DNA of 64,000 nt from Tubiluchus corallicola. Its lineage: Eukaryota; Animalia; Priapulida. Location: positions 372,001 to 436,000 of the forward strand of contig JAQGDQ010000077.1 of NCBI GenBank assembly GCA_030141605.1, written 5' to 3'. Positions 55,201 through 64,000 of the stretch are shown one piece after another (the first letter of the stretch is position 1; each line of letters opens with the position of its first letter). The notes under the pieces are model-generated. The model had not been told where the DNA came from. It worked only from the letters and a program-made list of their open reading frames with translations, and ran no database searches. Both the position numbers and the translations under genes were made by a program.

Positions 55201-58200
55201 TGGTGTGTGAATGTAGTGTCAATGTTAAGGAATCCACCTCTGATGCTTAAAAGCATCTATAACATTGCCTATTTGGGATTTCAAAATGGTTGCAGCAACA
55301 CGTGTTAACTACATTGCACCTCTACTGGAGATAGGACGATGGCTTTAGTATTCAGATATGGATTTTAACGATCAAGGAATTAGGATAGTACCTATTTTTA
55401 TTATTCTTACAGAACTGTAACAACAATATAATGTATGCACATCAGACATTCAATGCAAAGTTTGATAAATGAGCCATCAATAAGAAACAAACAGTTCAAG
55501 TAAGAATTTATAGACCCATCTTCCTGGTATACAGTTAACATATATACATATAGATAACATTACCACCTGTCACATTCACCACCACAGTTCCACAGAGCGG
55601 TGCAAACAAGACTTGCTCGGACAATTTATATCTGCCGCGGCACCCGTTGGCTGGCCGGGTGCTACATTATTTAATAAGTTGCTGGCACGCTTCAGTTCTT
55701 CACTCATGCCCAGTGTGGTTCTCACGTCACCTCTTCCAAGCCCAACAGTACCTGCCTGTTATATTACTCCTCTGGTGTGTCCCAACAGTGCGGCATATGT
55801 TGAAGAAATTAGCTCCAAAAAAACCTTCCCTTTCTTGTGAACAGGTTTTTATATGCTTTGCAAACTGGTAGCTTTGTGAAACAGAAGTACAACAAAACGT
55901 TCGCGCACAGGCATGAGTTCAGTCAACTGTTTTGCTAGTTAAATAGGTGTTTTTTGTTATAATGATATACAGATGATAATGACAATGTTCCGATAGTCTA
56001 CAAAATTCCCAATGTTAAATGTCGAATAATGTCAATGTTGAAAATGTTAATTTATCTCCTTGGCTTAGTTCATAAAATATTATATAAAATTAAACCAAAC
56101 CTGGGTGGAACCTCGATGAAACACCTTCGTTTTTCTTTAAGCAAGTGACAAATGACATTTGCTGTCTATTACCTGCTATTTACTTTTCATCCTTTGGAAA
56201 TTCTGTTATACTAGATATCCAGAGAAAGGCTGACGTTGTACTTATTTTAAAAGAGAGAAAAGTTCAAATATTAGTAACCATAGGCCCGTATAATTGACTT
56301 GCATAGCTTGTAAAATAATAGAAATGTGTGTTGTCTAAAATACTTTCTGTTATCAACATGAATATAATTTAATCTCAAAACAGCAACATGGGTTTTTATC
56401 ATGCAGACCTACATGTACGCAGCTTCTTGAATGTATTAAAGGTTGGTCCATTGCACTAAATGATAAGATGTCTGCTGATACAATTTATATTGAATGCCAA
56501 AAGGCTTTTTGTACTGCATGTCATAAAAAATACTTCTCGAGTTAAAATCATTTGGCATTCCACCAAGGCTTGCTATATAAATGGACCGAAGCATTTATTA
56601 TGCGTAGAAAACAAAGACTGTGTGTAGCGCTATGTCAGAGTATGTTACTGTCCGCTCTGGAGCCCTCAAGTGTTAGGGCTACTCCTATTCGTTCTGTCTA
56701 TCAATGACTTGTCTGACTGATGACGATATGTCGATGATGTCTATCTAACACTAGACAAACTTTTCAAATGGTCAAAGTAATGACAGTTAAATACGTGTGC
56801 ACTTCTAAATTCCCTACTGTTTTGCATATAGGAAGTAAGAATCCTCCTGCACCTAGTGTATTGCTACTTTGCTGGTAGACGAAGTAGTAACAATGTTACA
56901 TAACGTTGGATTCCGTTGTACGTCACGTTCCGGTGTCGAGATTTACGTAAACCTATGTGAAAGTTGGTGTAAAATCGAATGTGAATTCATTAAACACTCA
57001 AATAAATTTCTTTTAAAATATATCTATGTCATGTCGCGTGGCAACTCTAGCAGCTTAGATCTACTGAGTCTGAAAAGAATGATGGTATTTTAAAAATCAA
57101 AAAAGGAAAAAAAACAAATGGCACAGTGTTAAAAAAACTCGGGTAAAGTTGATTTCATACGAGCAAAAGTGAGAGGAGAATATTAAAAGGAGGAAAATGC
57201 ACGAAAAGGCTGATATATAGACAGTAGACAGGCTAAAAAGTATGTGCGCACATGGGTGTGATGTATTGTGTTGAGGTTACCGTCGACGAAAGACGGTTAC
57301 CTATTCTGTGAGTGAAAAGATGTTCCAGAGTCAAAATTGTTGATTAGCCGCATGTTGACATATAGGCCTAAGATAAGTATCTACCAACTCTCTAATTATC
57401 CCCACCATCATTGAATAAATATATCCAAAGCATCGTGACTGTGTAAGTCTATTGACTATATACACCAGGCCCTGTATTAAGTACCAGGCATGCCATATAT
57501 ACTGCAATTTGACGTTACATGCAAATAGTTTGACACTAATGTTGTAGCCTAGGCTATTTATTAGCGCACCTGGCAATGATAAGATACTGATTAATGTAGT
57601 ACAATAATCAAACTCAGAATACATCTGAGCTACGTCTGCTGTCAATTTTTAAAAACAAATTACTTCATTAAAGCCTTTTATGGATATAATGAACAAGTAA
57701 TGGCAGATTACGAATGAATGAGTCCTAATACCATTCAGATTTTTAATCCGTATAGCTAACAAGTATGTTGCTACCCAAAGGCTACCGTTAGCGGAAAAAA
57801 ACGAAGCGTGTGGGAGATTTTTAAATCTCACGTTCAAACAATAAAATAGCAGAAATAAGAACAACGAACAACCTACATACGTATCTTTGTAATTATTGCT
57901 ACATAGCTTACTTATCTGTGTTTTTCACATCATTATTGTACGATTTTTTACATGCCAAAGACCTACCTGTTTGGGCTGTTTTTATGTTTTATAGTACAGT
58001 GTCTATGCACTGCGTCTTTTAATAATATGTGTACTGTTTAGACGAAAGTAGTTTAATGTTTATGCATTTTATAATTCGTACTCGAAACCTGAAATACTTC
58101 ATATATAGCAGTCTTTTTGGATGTATGTAGTTAGCTACCGTATCTAAAGCTTTGTTATAGAGTGTGTTTTCTTAGTGTTGCCAGGGTAATCCAATGATGA

Positions 58201-58996
58201 AAGTTTTTGTTTTCAGATGCATCTACAATGCAAGACACATTCCTCTAGTCATGATCACAGCCCACTGTCAGAAGCCCATGAAGCGGACTGCCATGCCACA
58301 CACAAAGGCCTATTTTCTGGTCTGTTCGTCTTAGCAATGACCTTTATCTCTGTCATTGTCTTTTTTGTGTTTCTCGGATCTGATAATCTTCATGATGAAG
58401 GGAAAGCAACAGCTACTAACTATTACACTGAAATTAGCCTAAATGCAGTCAGTGGTATTTGCTGCATGGTGGCTTTCTTCTATACTTCTAAGATGCATGT
58501 TGATCCACATGCTATCAAGTTCTTAGATGACTTTCTTTTATTGATACCACTTCCAGCTTATTACTTAGTCTGCACTTTTGGTATTATCGCTATCATGTTC
58601 ACTCATGAAACTGAGATGGGGGCGTCGTTGGTGACATATATTGTGGCGTTGCTTCAAGTGACAGTACAGACCACTTTCATCATGGATGCCTTGAGGCGTT
58701 GCTCCAACACAGTACAACTGCGTCGGGTCAAGCCTGGTCGTGGACTCGTCATGTTTTTGCTGTTGTGTAATGTCTGTCTGTGGCTAGTGGGTAGTTTTGA
58801 GATTAAAGAAGCGAATAGTAAGCCAATTCAGACTGATTTTTTCAACTATTTGAATTGGGTAATAATTAGTAACCTGTGTGTGCCATTAATGATTTTTTAT
58901 AGGTTTCATTCTGCTGCATGTTTAGCTGACATTTGGCAAGATGCCTACACAGCCGCAGACGAGACATGTGTACATGAGGAATCAGATTACTTATAA
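36676..58996 (+). CDS. Otop: Otopetrin-family proton channel (10 coding exons, about 880 aa; isoform using terminal exon A)
   Basis: Phase-compatible GT-AG exons 36676-37410, 38234-38333, 39260-39401, 40471-40591, 41386-41496, 42240-42372, 51953-52104, 53189-53378, 53559-53737, 58217-58996 (sum 2643 nt). Motifs: LFSVMYALFLV, RHAGSTFLKFGAAFFCFG, FSFLQLFYIF, ARFGMMHVLATNLCVW, YLYPLTIEYSLI, DCHATHKGLFSG, QVTVQTTFI, KPGR, FLLLCNVCLW, PLMIFYRFHSAACLADIW. Joining of the three N-terminal exons rests on splice phase only. Confidence 0.9.
40229..40283. repeat. (TA)n microsatellite
   Basis: Uninterrupted TA run; source of the IYIYIY ORFs. Confidence 0.95.
40770..41046. mobile_element. Probable hAT-type MITE
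   Basis: CAGGACCGGATTTACCAATAG versus ATAGGTAAATCCGAGCAGG imperfect inverted termini. Confidence 0.45.
42860..51105 (-). CDS. SPEF2: SPEF2 (KPL2)-like sperm flagellar / motile cilia central-apparatus protein, 5 exons, about 1621 aa, nested in an otopetrin intron
   Basis: Minus-strand exons 51105-51027, 50269-49974, 49758-49660, 48704-48580, 47126-42860 with GT-AG and matching phases (sum 4866 nt). SPEF2-like segments LMRQTVEEQRIAAHLMQTRLEK, FLKRPDHKQEFVSQWQADFNSISEDMRNDEEVK, LMQAEIDRF; adenylate-kinase-like P-loop GKQCSGKST and DGFP; C-terminal EF-hand-like DQNFTGFLSKAEY. The first exon is the least certain. Confidence 0.88.
47993..48100. mobile_element. Short hAT-type MITE
   Basis: CAGTGGCAAATTAAGG ... 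CCTTAATACACCACTG imperfect TIRs; GC-rich island in an AT-rich intron. Confidence 0.5.
48331..48456. repeat. Short fold-back inverted repeat
   Basis: TAATGCCCTTTATAGTCTCAAAGATTATAATA versus TATTATAATCTTTGAGACTAAAAAGGGCATTA with an AT-rich loop. Confidence 0.85.
51143..51156 (-). promoter_or_regulatory. Candidate RFX X-box upstream of the SPEF2-like start codon
   Basis: AAGTCC-AT-AGCAAC (GTTGCTATGGACTT on minus) about 40 nt upstream of the ATG at 51105; a second near-palindromic GTTGCC-A-CGCAAC lies at 51808-51820. Confidence 0.4.
52430..53010. repeat. Degenerate tetranucleotide-rich tract (AGTC/AGTG/AATT/GGTT)
   Basis: Runs such as GTGAGTGAGTGAGTCAGTGAATGAGTCAGTCAATCAGT and TTAATCAATTAATTAGTC. 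Confidence 0.8.
55560..55910 (-). mobile_element. Degraded C-terminus of an Academ(X)-like DNA transposon protein
   Basis: Minus-strand broken frames give ERFVVLL, KKG, STYAALLGHTRGVI*QAG, EACQQLIK, GCRGRYK, ASLVCTALWNCGGEC. These resemble the XPG-like end plus Cys-rich finger recalled for AcademX proteins. 53965-55550, with repeated AAAATGGC/CAAGATGG motifs, may be its non-coding end. Confidence 0.5.
56070..56840 (+). mobile_element. Degraded CR1/L2-group LINE reverse transcriptase fragment
   Basis: Broken frames KADVVLI, SNHRPV*LTCIACKIIE, QQHGFLSCRPTCTQLLEC, DTIYIECQKAF, SG(A)PQ-VLGLLLF, INDL match non-LTR RT motifs NYRPISLT, QHGF, DFxKAFD, SGVPQGSVLGPLLF. Confidence 0.85.
58217..58996 (+). 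CDS. Otopetrin terminal exon A (C-domain, TM7-12)
   Basis: ttttcag|ATGCATCTA phase-0 acceptor; 259-aa ORF containing the family FYRFHS motif; AATAAA at 59464. Confidence 0.93.
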   Translation: MHLQCKTHSSSHDHSPLSEAHEADCHATHKGLFSGLFVLAMTFISVIVFFVFLGSDNLHDEGKATATNYYTEISLNAVSGICCMVAFFYTSKMHVDPHAIKFLDDFLLLIPLPAYYLVCTFGIIAIMFTHETEMGASLVTYIVALLQVTVQTTFIMDALRRCSNTVQLRRVKPGRGLVMFLLLCNVCLWLVGSFEIKEANSKPIQTDFFNYLNWVIISNLCVPLMIFYRFHSAACLADIWQDAYTAADETCVHEESDYL

Positions 58997-60839
58997 AAAA
59001 GCACTTCATTGAAACCATAAATTTGGAACTTAATGTGATTTTTATTACCTGTAAATGATGAGTGATTCTGAAGGTCAGATTGTATGTCTGTAATTTTATG
59101 TCTCGATGTAGTAAATTTGTCTTATAGTATTTCTTTATAACTGTTCTTGTATTAAGTATTATTTTTATCACTACTGAGCGTTGAATGTCTTCCATTTAAT
59201 ATAATGCAGACTCTAAAAACTTTTAAAAAATTATGTCAACAGTTTATCAGTCTCTTATTCATGCATACATTGACAAGTGCAGTGTCTTCCTTTCTTTTCT
59301 TATTCGCGTATCTGCAACTATTCCTTATTCGTATTTACAAAAATGTTCTAATTTCGTTCAGTCAGGTGGTGCCACAGACATACAATACTTTCACAGGATG
59401 TAATAGCATAATATACATTAAAACATGTATATATTGGCTGCGCTCATATCTATGGTTAAGGCAAATAAAAATGATTATGCTTATTAAGTCAGAGCCCAAG
59501 TCGAGAATAAGTATTTTGTACTTAGGCCTAAAATAGTTATATCATGTAAGCTAAATAATTTCGTTATAATTTTACTGCAATTTATTTAAACATTATCTTT
59601 CTCTTCCACATGTAGTTAATAATTAAATCTGAACTTATTAATTAATTACATTTATAGTTGAATATGCAGTATATTTATAAATGAAATGCTAAAAATTGGT
59701 TTTATGTTGTTTTTCCTGTGGCTTCAAAGACTGCTTACACTTACATTTTGAACTTCAAAAAAACTCATGCTGATGATTATATTAAGATGCATTTAGGTTT
59801 CGTTGATATAAACTTTGCTCGACTACAAAAGAACTTTTCGAATAACATGCCAAAATAACGTATATGTACGTATATGACGTGAATATTTTTTACAATAATT
59901 ATTTTCATTACATAAATTTCTTAAACACTGACAAGAAGCAAAAATTCTTGATATTCTGTCCAATTTTTTCAACTTACCTGTTCGGTAACACAGTTTTAAA
60001 TGTGAATTGAAATTGAGTGAAGTCATGCTTATACCCCAGGCCTCTAGACATTGGGGAAACAAATATCAGTGAGAACGAGTGAATGACTAGGCTATTCGAG
60101 GTGACCGCCTTTTGAAGGAGCTTTGACTTATTACTCTTCAAGTCTGGGGTATCGGCGTCAACAGTGCCGGTAATTGTACATTGGCTCATTGGGCATGCGC
60201 GTCTACTGACAAGGAAGATGAAGCTTTTGTAACCTTGTACGGTTAGAGGGGAAGAACGGGCATTTTAAAGTATATCCCAAAAAACGTTCTATAAAAAATT
60301 ATGTTACTCAGCATTGCACTTACATGTTTGAAAAACGTATGTAATTGGAAAGAAATTCTTAATATTATAACTTATTCGTGCCAACTGAGTAGCGCCATTG
60401 TATCACGATTACAGGATGCACCGCCGCTTCACCAAAAAGCGCATTATTGATGTTATTTGCAAATAAATAGTAATTTATACTTTCGCTTAGTTAACTTAGC
60501 TGGCGAAGAGTGTGCTACGAATGGTGTGATTATTTTGTCAAACTTTACGAGATGTTATCTAAAGTAGTTTCAACCGACTTAATTAATTATTATCGCTAAA
60601 TTGTCCGCAATAACCACCATTCAGTGTTACTGCTAAAGCAAGCCCTGTGTGCAGTAAAGGCAGCATATAAATGATACAAAATTTCAAGACCAATTTTTTA
60701 AGCTTTTTTAGAGCATTTTCTTGTCCTTCTGATGAAGCAGTCTAAGTCATCTAAACAGCCACATAATACTATAGCAATAATAAGGAAATATAAGAGTATA
60801 GATACTAGCTAAACCCCGCAAAGAATTTTGGGCATAAAC

Positions 60840-61260
60840 TCACAACAACTTACATCACACCACCAACACCATACCACCCACACCACACCACACAACCACC
60901 TACCACACCACTCACAACACACCACCCACACCACACCACACAACCACCCACCACCCCACTCACAAGACACCACCCTCACCATACCACAACCACACACTAC
61001 CCACACAACACACCACACCCACCGCACTACACCAAGACCACCCTCATCACACCACACACACCCTATCACTAACACCATAGCACATCACCCACAACATACA
61101 CCACACTACACCAAAAGCACACACAACTACCACCCCACTACACCATCCATAGCACAACACCCACAGCACACTCACCACAGCACACCCACTACATCACATT
61201 GTGATGATGACGACGACAATGATGACGACAACGACACCACAGCACCAACACCAACAGTAC
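60840..61260. repeat. (CAC/CCA/ACA) low-complexity repeat
   Basis: Almost only C and A, with tandem CACCACCCACACCACACCACACAACCAC units and a short GAT/GAC run. Confidence 0.9.
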
Positions 61261-61639
61261 AGTATTACGGCGAAACCATTCAAAGCATTTTCCACAAAAT
61301 CGAAACTGTGTGCTATAACAAATGCTCTTAGTCTGCCTACCAATGATTAATAATGTGTGGACATGCCATATAGTTTTGTTTGCCGCTTCTCTGATGATAA
61401 TATGCTAACAGAATTTACACATAAAATCTATATACCACTGTAGAACGGCGCGTGACAACAATGCCTGGAACAGCCACGAAATTTCTCAATCTCAAAGACA
61501 ATGAATGTTACAAATAGCATGCAGGTGGGGGTGGGGGGGGGTTGAAAAAGGAGTTTGAAATACACGCTTGCTGTTTCGTCTAATGGACATCTCTCCTAGT
61601 GAAACCTTCGGGTGTGAGTGTGCATATTTTTTCTAACAT

Positions 61640-62050
61640 GCCCAAACAGTTGCAGAAATTGAGTTTTTCTAGAGGGCGGTTGAGCAGTTTTTTGCAAAAT
61701 TTGGGTGATTTCGTCCGGGAAAACGCCTTTTGCGAGACGCCGTGGCCCTCCCGCGAAATATAAATATGACTATTACACCCACGTTGAAGGGCTATTCAAC
61801 CATTACCAGCACCACCCACGGCCCATTCCGGATCTATAGAAATAAGAGGTATAAGTTTTGCAAAAAATGGGCAAAAAATGGCCATTTTTGGAGGTTTTTC
61901 GCCCCCCCCCGTTCCTCCCGGTGCGCCCGATTCGAAAAATAAAACCCCAATGGCAAATCTGTGAGTCCGAACCTTTCGTTTGATGTATAGGTCGTCGAGA
62001 ATGGTGCCGTCGTTGGAACTGTAGCCTCGTCGATTATATATTTATATATG
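61640..62050. repeat. GC-rich probable interspersed repeat fragment (unclassified)
   Basis: Abrupt CpG-rich segment ending in a TA-rich tail; no convincing ORF; single copy in the window, so repeat status is inferred. Confidence 0.35.
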
Positions 62051-62075
62051 CTAGCGAAATTAATATATACGATTG

Positions 62076-63525
62076 ACTGCAATACTACAATACAAAATAA
62101 TTTCAGAAAAAAAATTTTGGTGACAATGTTTATTTTCGTTTAGACATTTTGGGACAATTGACGTCTAACATAATGTCAATCATTTTCGTTGACTGCCCAG
62201 TCAGCGTGCAAGTTATTTCACACACCCTGCAGCAGATACGTACGGGTCATTTAGCTACAACTCCGTCTAGCACTGTTATGAAAAATGCTCAACTTTTCAT
62301 TAGTTAGCGGGAGAAATATTAGCCTGCTTCTAGATTTTATTATTGTCAATTGAAATTGCAATTGAACTGGTAAAAATATGTAGTCTAGCTTCGTTTGTAG
62401 GAAGAAATGCACAGTGCATACGTCTATGAGTTGCTGATCAAACCATTTTGCAATCAAAAAAATACGCAATTTAGTTTAGTTTATGACTTTTGTAAATTAG
62501 ATAAAAACAACTATTTGATTAACTTTAAATAAGGACAAAACAATGTTTTCTTTCCTGGCTAGTTTTTTAAACCTCAATGAGATCTTCACAGTCAAAATTA
62601 ATGCAAATTAGGGTCAAAACTTATATTATACGTCAATATAATATTAGCTAATTTTACGCTCTTTTTCTGGTTATAATCAAGGTTAAAAGATACAATTGGG
62701 ACTTATGTGACTCGGGCGTTCAATATAAGAGTCGTCTATGGAATGGAACAGTCAAATTTATTCCATTTCCGTAGCTTGACAAACGGAAAAACGTAATAAA
62801 TCTTGCAGACGAGCACATGATCAATTAATGTAGAAAAATACATCGCAGGCTTGATGTTCGTAGTTTATTGGCAAGAGAGACTTAATATTTTTGGTGCTCA
62901 TTTTTTGTTAATTCCGTTCTTAAAATAGCTGCTGCTCTGCAAATTTGTGTTTATGAAAAAGAGCAATCTGTTTATCTGCTGATTGACATTAGTTGTGACT
63001 GTCATGTTGTTTAGTTTAGTCAGCTTAGCTTCGACAGTTGTCCTGCGTGAGCTGCTGTCCCGAATGCTACTGAGCGTTCTTACTTTGCAAGGGGGGCGGA
63101 GCGATAGACCAATACGTTTGACGTCAATTGGAACAGACACAAGTAACTTGTATATTACGCGTTTCATTACGTAAAATAAGTAACTGAATTGATCACTTGG
63201 ATTACTTAAGTGCACTTCATTATATATAAATTATATATATATATTATGTTATATTCATATTAATATGTTATATTATATTAATATAATAATAACATAATAT
63301 TATATTGGTGTATAATATTATGTTATGTTATATTAATATAATTTATATATAATGAAGTGCACTTAAGTTATCTAAGTGATCAATTTAGTTAGTTATTTTA
63401 TGTAATCAAACACGTAATATACAAGTTGCTTGTGTCGGTTCCAATTATCCCAAATGTCTAAAAGAAAAAAAACATTGTCACCAAGATTTCTTTTCTGAAA
63501 TTATTTTGCATTGTAGTATTGCAGT
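62076..63525. mobile_element. Fold-back (long inverted repeat) element with a nested insertion in its left arm
   Basis: 62076-62159 plus 63130-63240 together form the reverse complement of about 63335-63525; AT-rich centre. Confidence 0.85.
62160..63125. mobile_element. Non-autonomous TIR element with 4-bp AATT target-site duplication
   Basis: Termini GACGTCTAACATAATGTC / GACCAATACGTTTGACGTC; AATT at 62156-62159 and 63126-63129; the opposite arm of the host repeat preserves the empty site GGGATAATTGGAAC. Confidence 0.75.
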
Positions 63526-63629
63526 GAATATCCTTATATATACATATATATATATATATGTATATATAAGCTCTGAAGTCGTGGTTGAAAGACCCAATAA
63601 GCAGTATGTGGGTGTTTTTTTCGTTTCAG

Positions 63630-64000
63630 ATGAATCAGCAATGTAAACAACATCCAGCTACTCATGATCACAGTCCTTTGTCAGAAGCTCACCAAGCGGA
63701 CTGTCACGCCACCCATAAAGGTTTATTCTCTGGAATATTTGTCCTGGCAATGACTTTTATGTCAGTTATAATATTCTTCGTGTTTCTTGCATCTGACAGC
63801 AGAGCTGACAGGGAAAAAGCAACACAAACTATTTACTACACGGAGATAGTTTTAAACTCAGTTAGCACTATTTGCTGTATAGCGGCTTTCTTCTACACTT
63901 CTAAGATGAATGTGGATCCCCATGCGATTAAATTCTTAGATGATTTTCTTTTATTGATTCCACTTCCTGCTCACTATTTGATTTGTACTTTTGGCATTAT
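63630..64000 (+). CDS. Otopetrin terminal exon B (duplicated C-domain exon, truncated by the window end)
   Basis: gtttcag|ATGAATCAG phase-0 acceptor; open to the window end (MNQQCKQHPATHDHSPLSEAHQADCHATHKGLFSG...FLDDFLLLIPLPAHYLICTFGI); 97/123 aa identical to exon A by manual count, no indels; absent from the ORF track, presumably because it has no stop in the window. Confidence 0.9.
   Translation, partial: MNQQCKQHPATHDHSPLSEAHQADCHATHKGLFSGIFVLAMTFMSVIIFFVFLASDSRADREKATQTIYYTEIVLNSVSTICCIAAFFYTSKMNVDPHAIKFLDDFLLLIPLPAHYLICTFGI

Noticed and set aside
58217-58996. Stand-alone intronless half-otopetrin gene starting at the ATG
   Set aside because: The ATG directly follows a strong acceptor and continues in phase from the exon ending at 53737; best read as a terminal exon
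60809-61331. 167-aa His/Thr-rich ORF with an acidic tail, resembling a metal-binding peptide
   Set aside because: Non-ATG start, arises from a C/A low-complexity repeat that rarely contains stops, no convincing splice context

Overview
AT-rich, intron-containing metazoan (probably invertebrate) genomic DNA with three protein-coding genes; exon models were built by hand from GT-AG sites and reading frame. (1) A complete 30-exon ABCC1/MRP1-like transporter (+, 736-30751, about 1548 aa). It has two tandem 178-nt copies of exon 9 that look mutually exclusive, and a C-terminal tail with a PPxY motif. (2) An otopetrin-family proton channel (+, 36676-58996, about 880 aa). Its whole C-terminal half (TM7-12) lies in one terminal exon, and a second copy of that exon, open as far as it can be read, starts at 63630 and runs off the window. 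No N-half exons were found between the copies, which suggests swappable C-domains. (3) A SPEF2-like flagellar gene (-, 51105-42860, about 1621 aa) nested antisense in one otopetrin intron, with a 4.27-kb exon and no visible N-terminal CH domain. Introns hold a defective Buster-type hAT transposon with perfect TIRs and TSD, several MITEs, CR1-like and Academ-like remnants, long inverted repeats and microsatellites.
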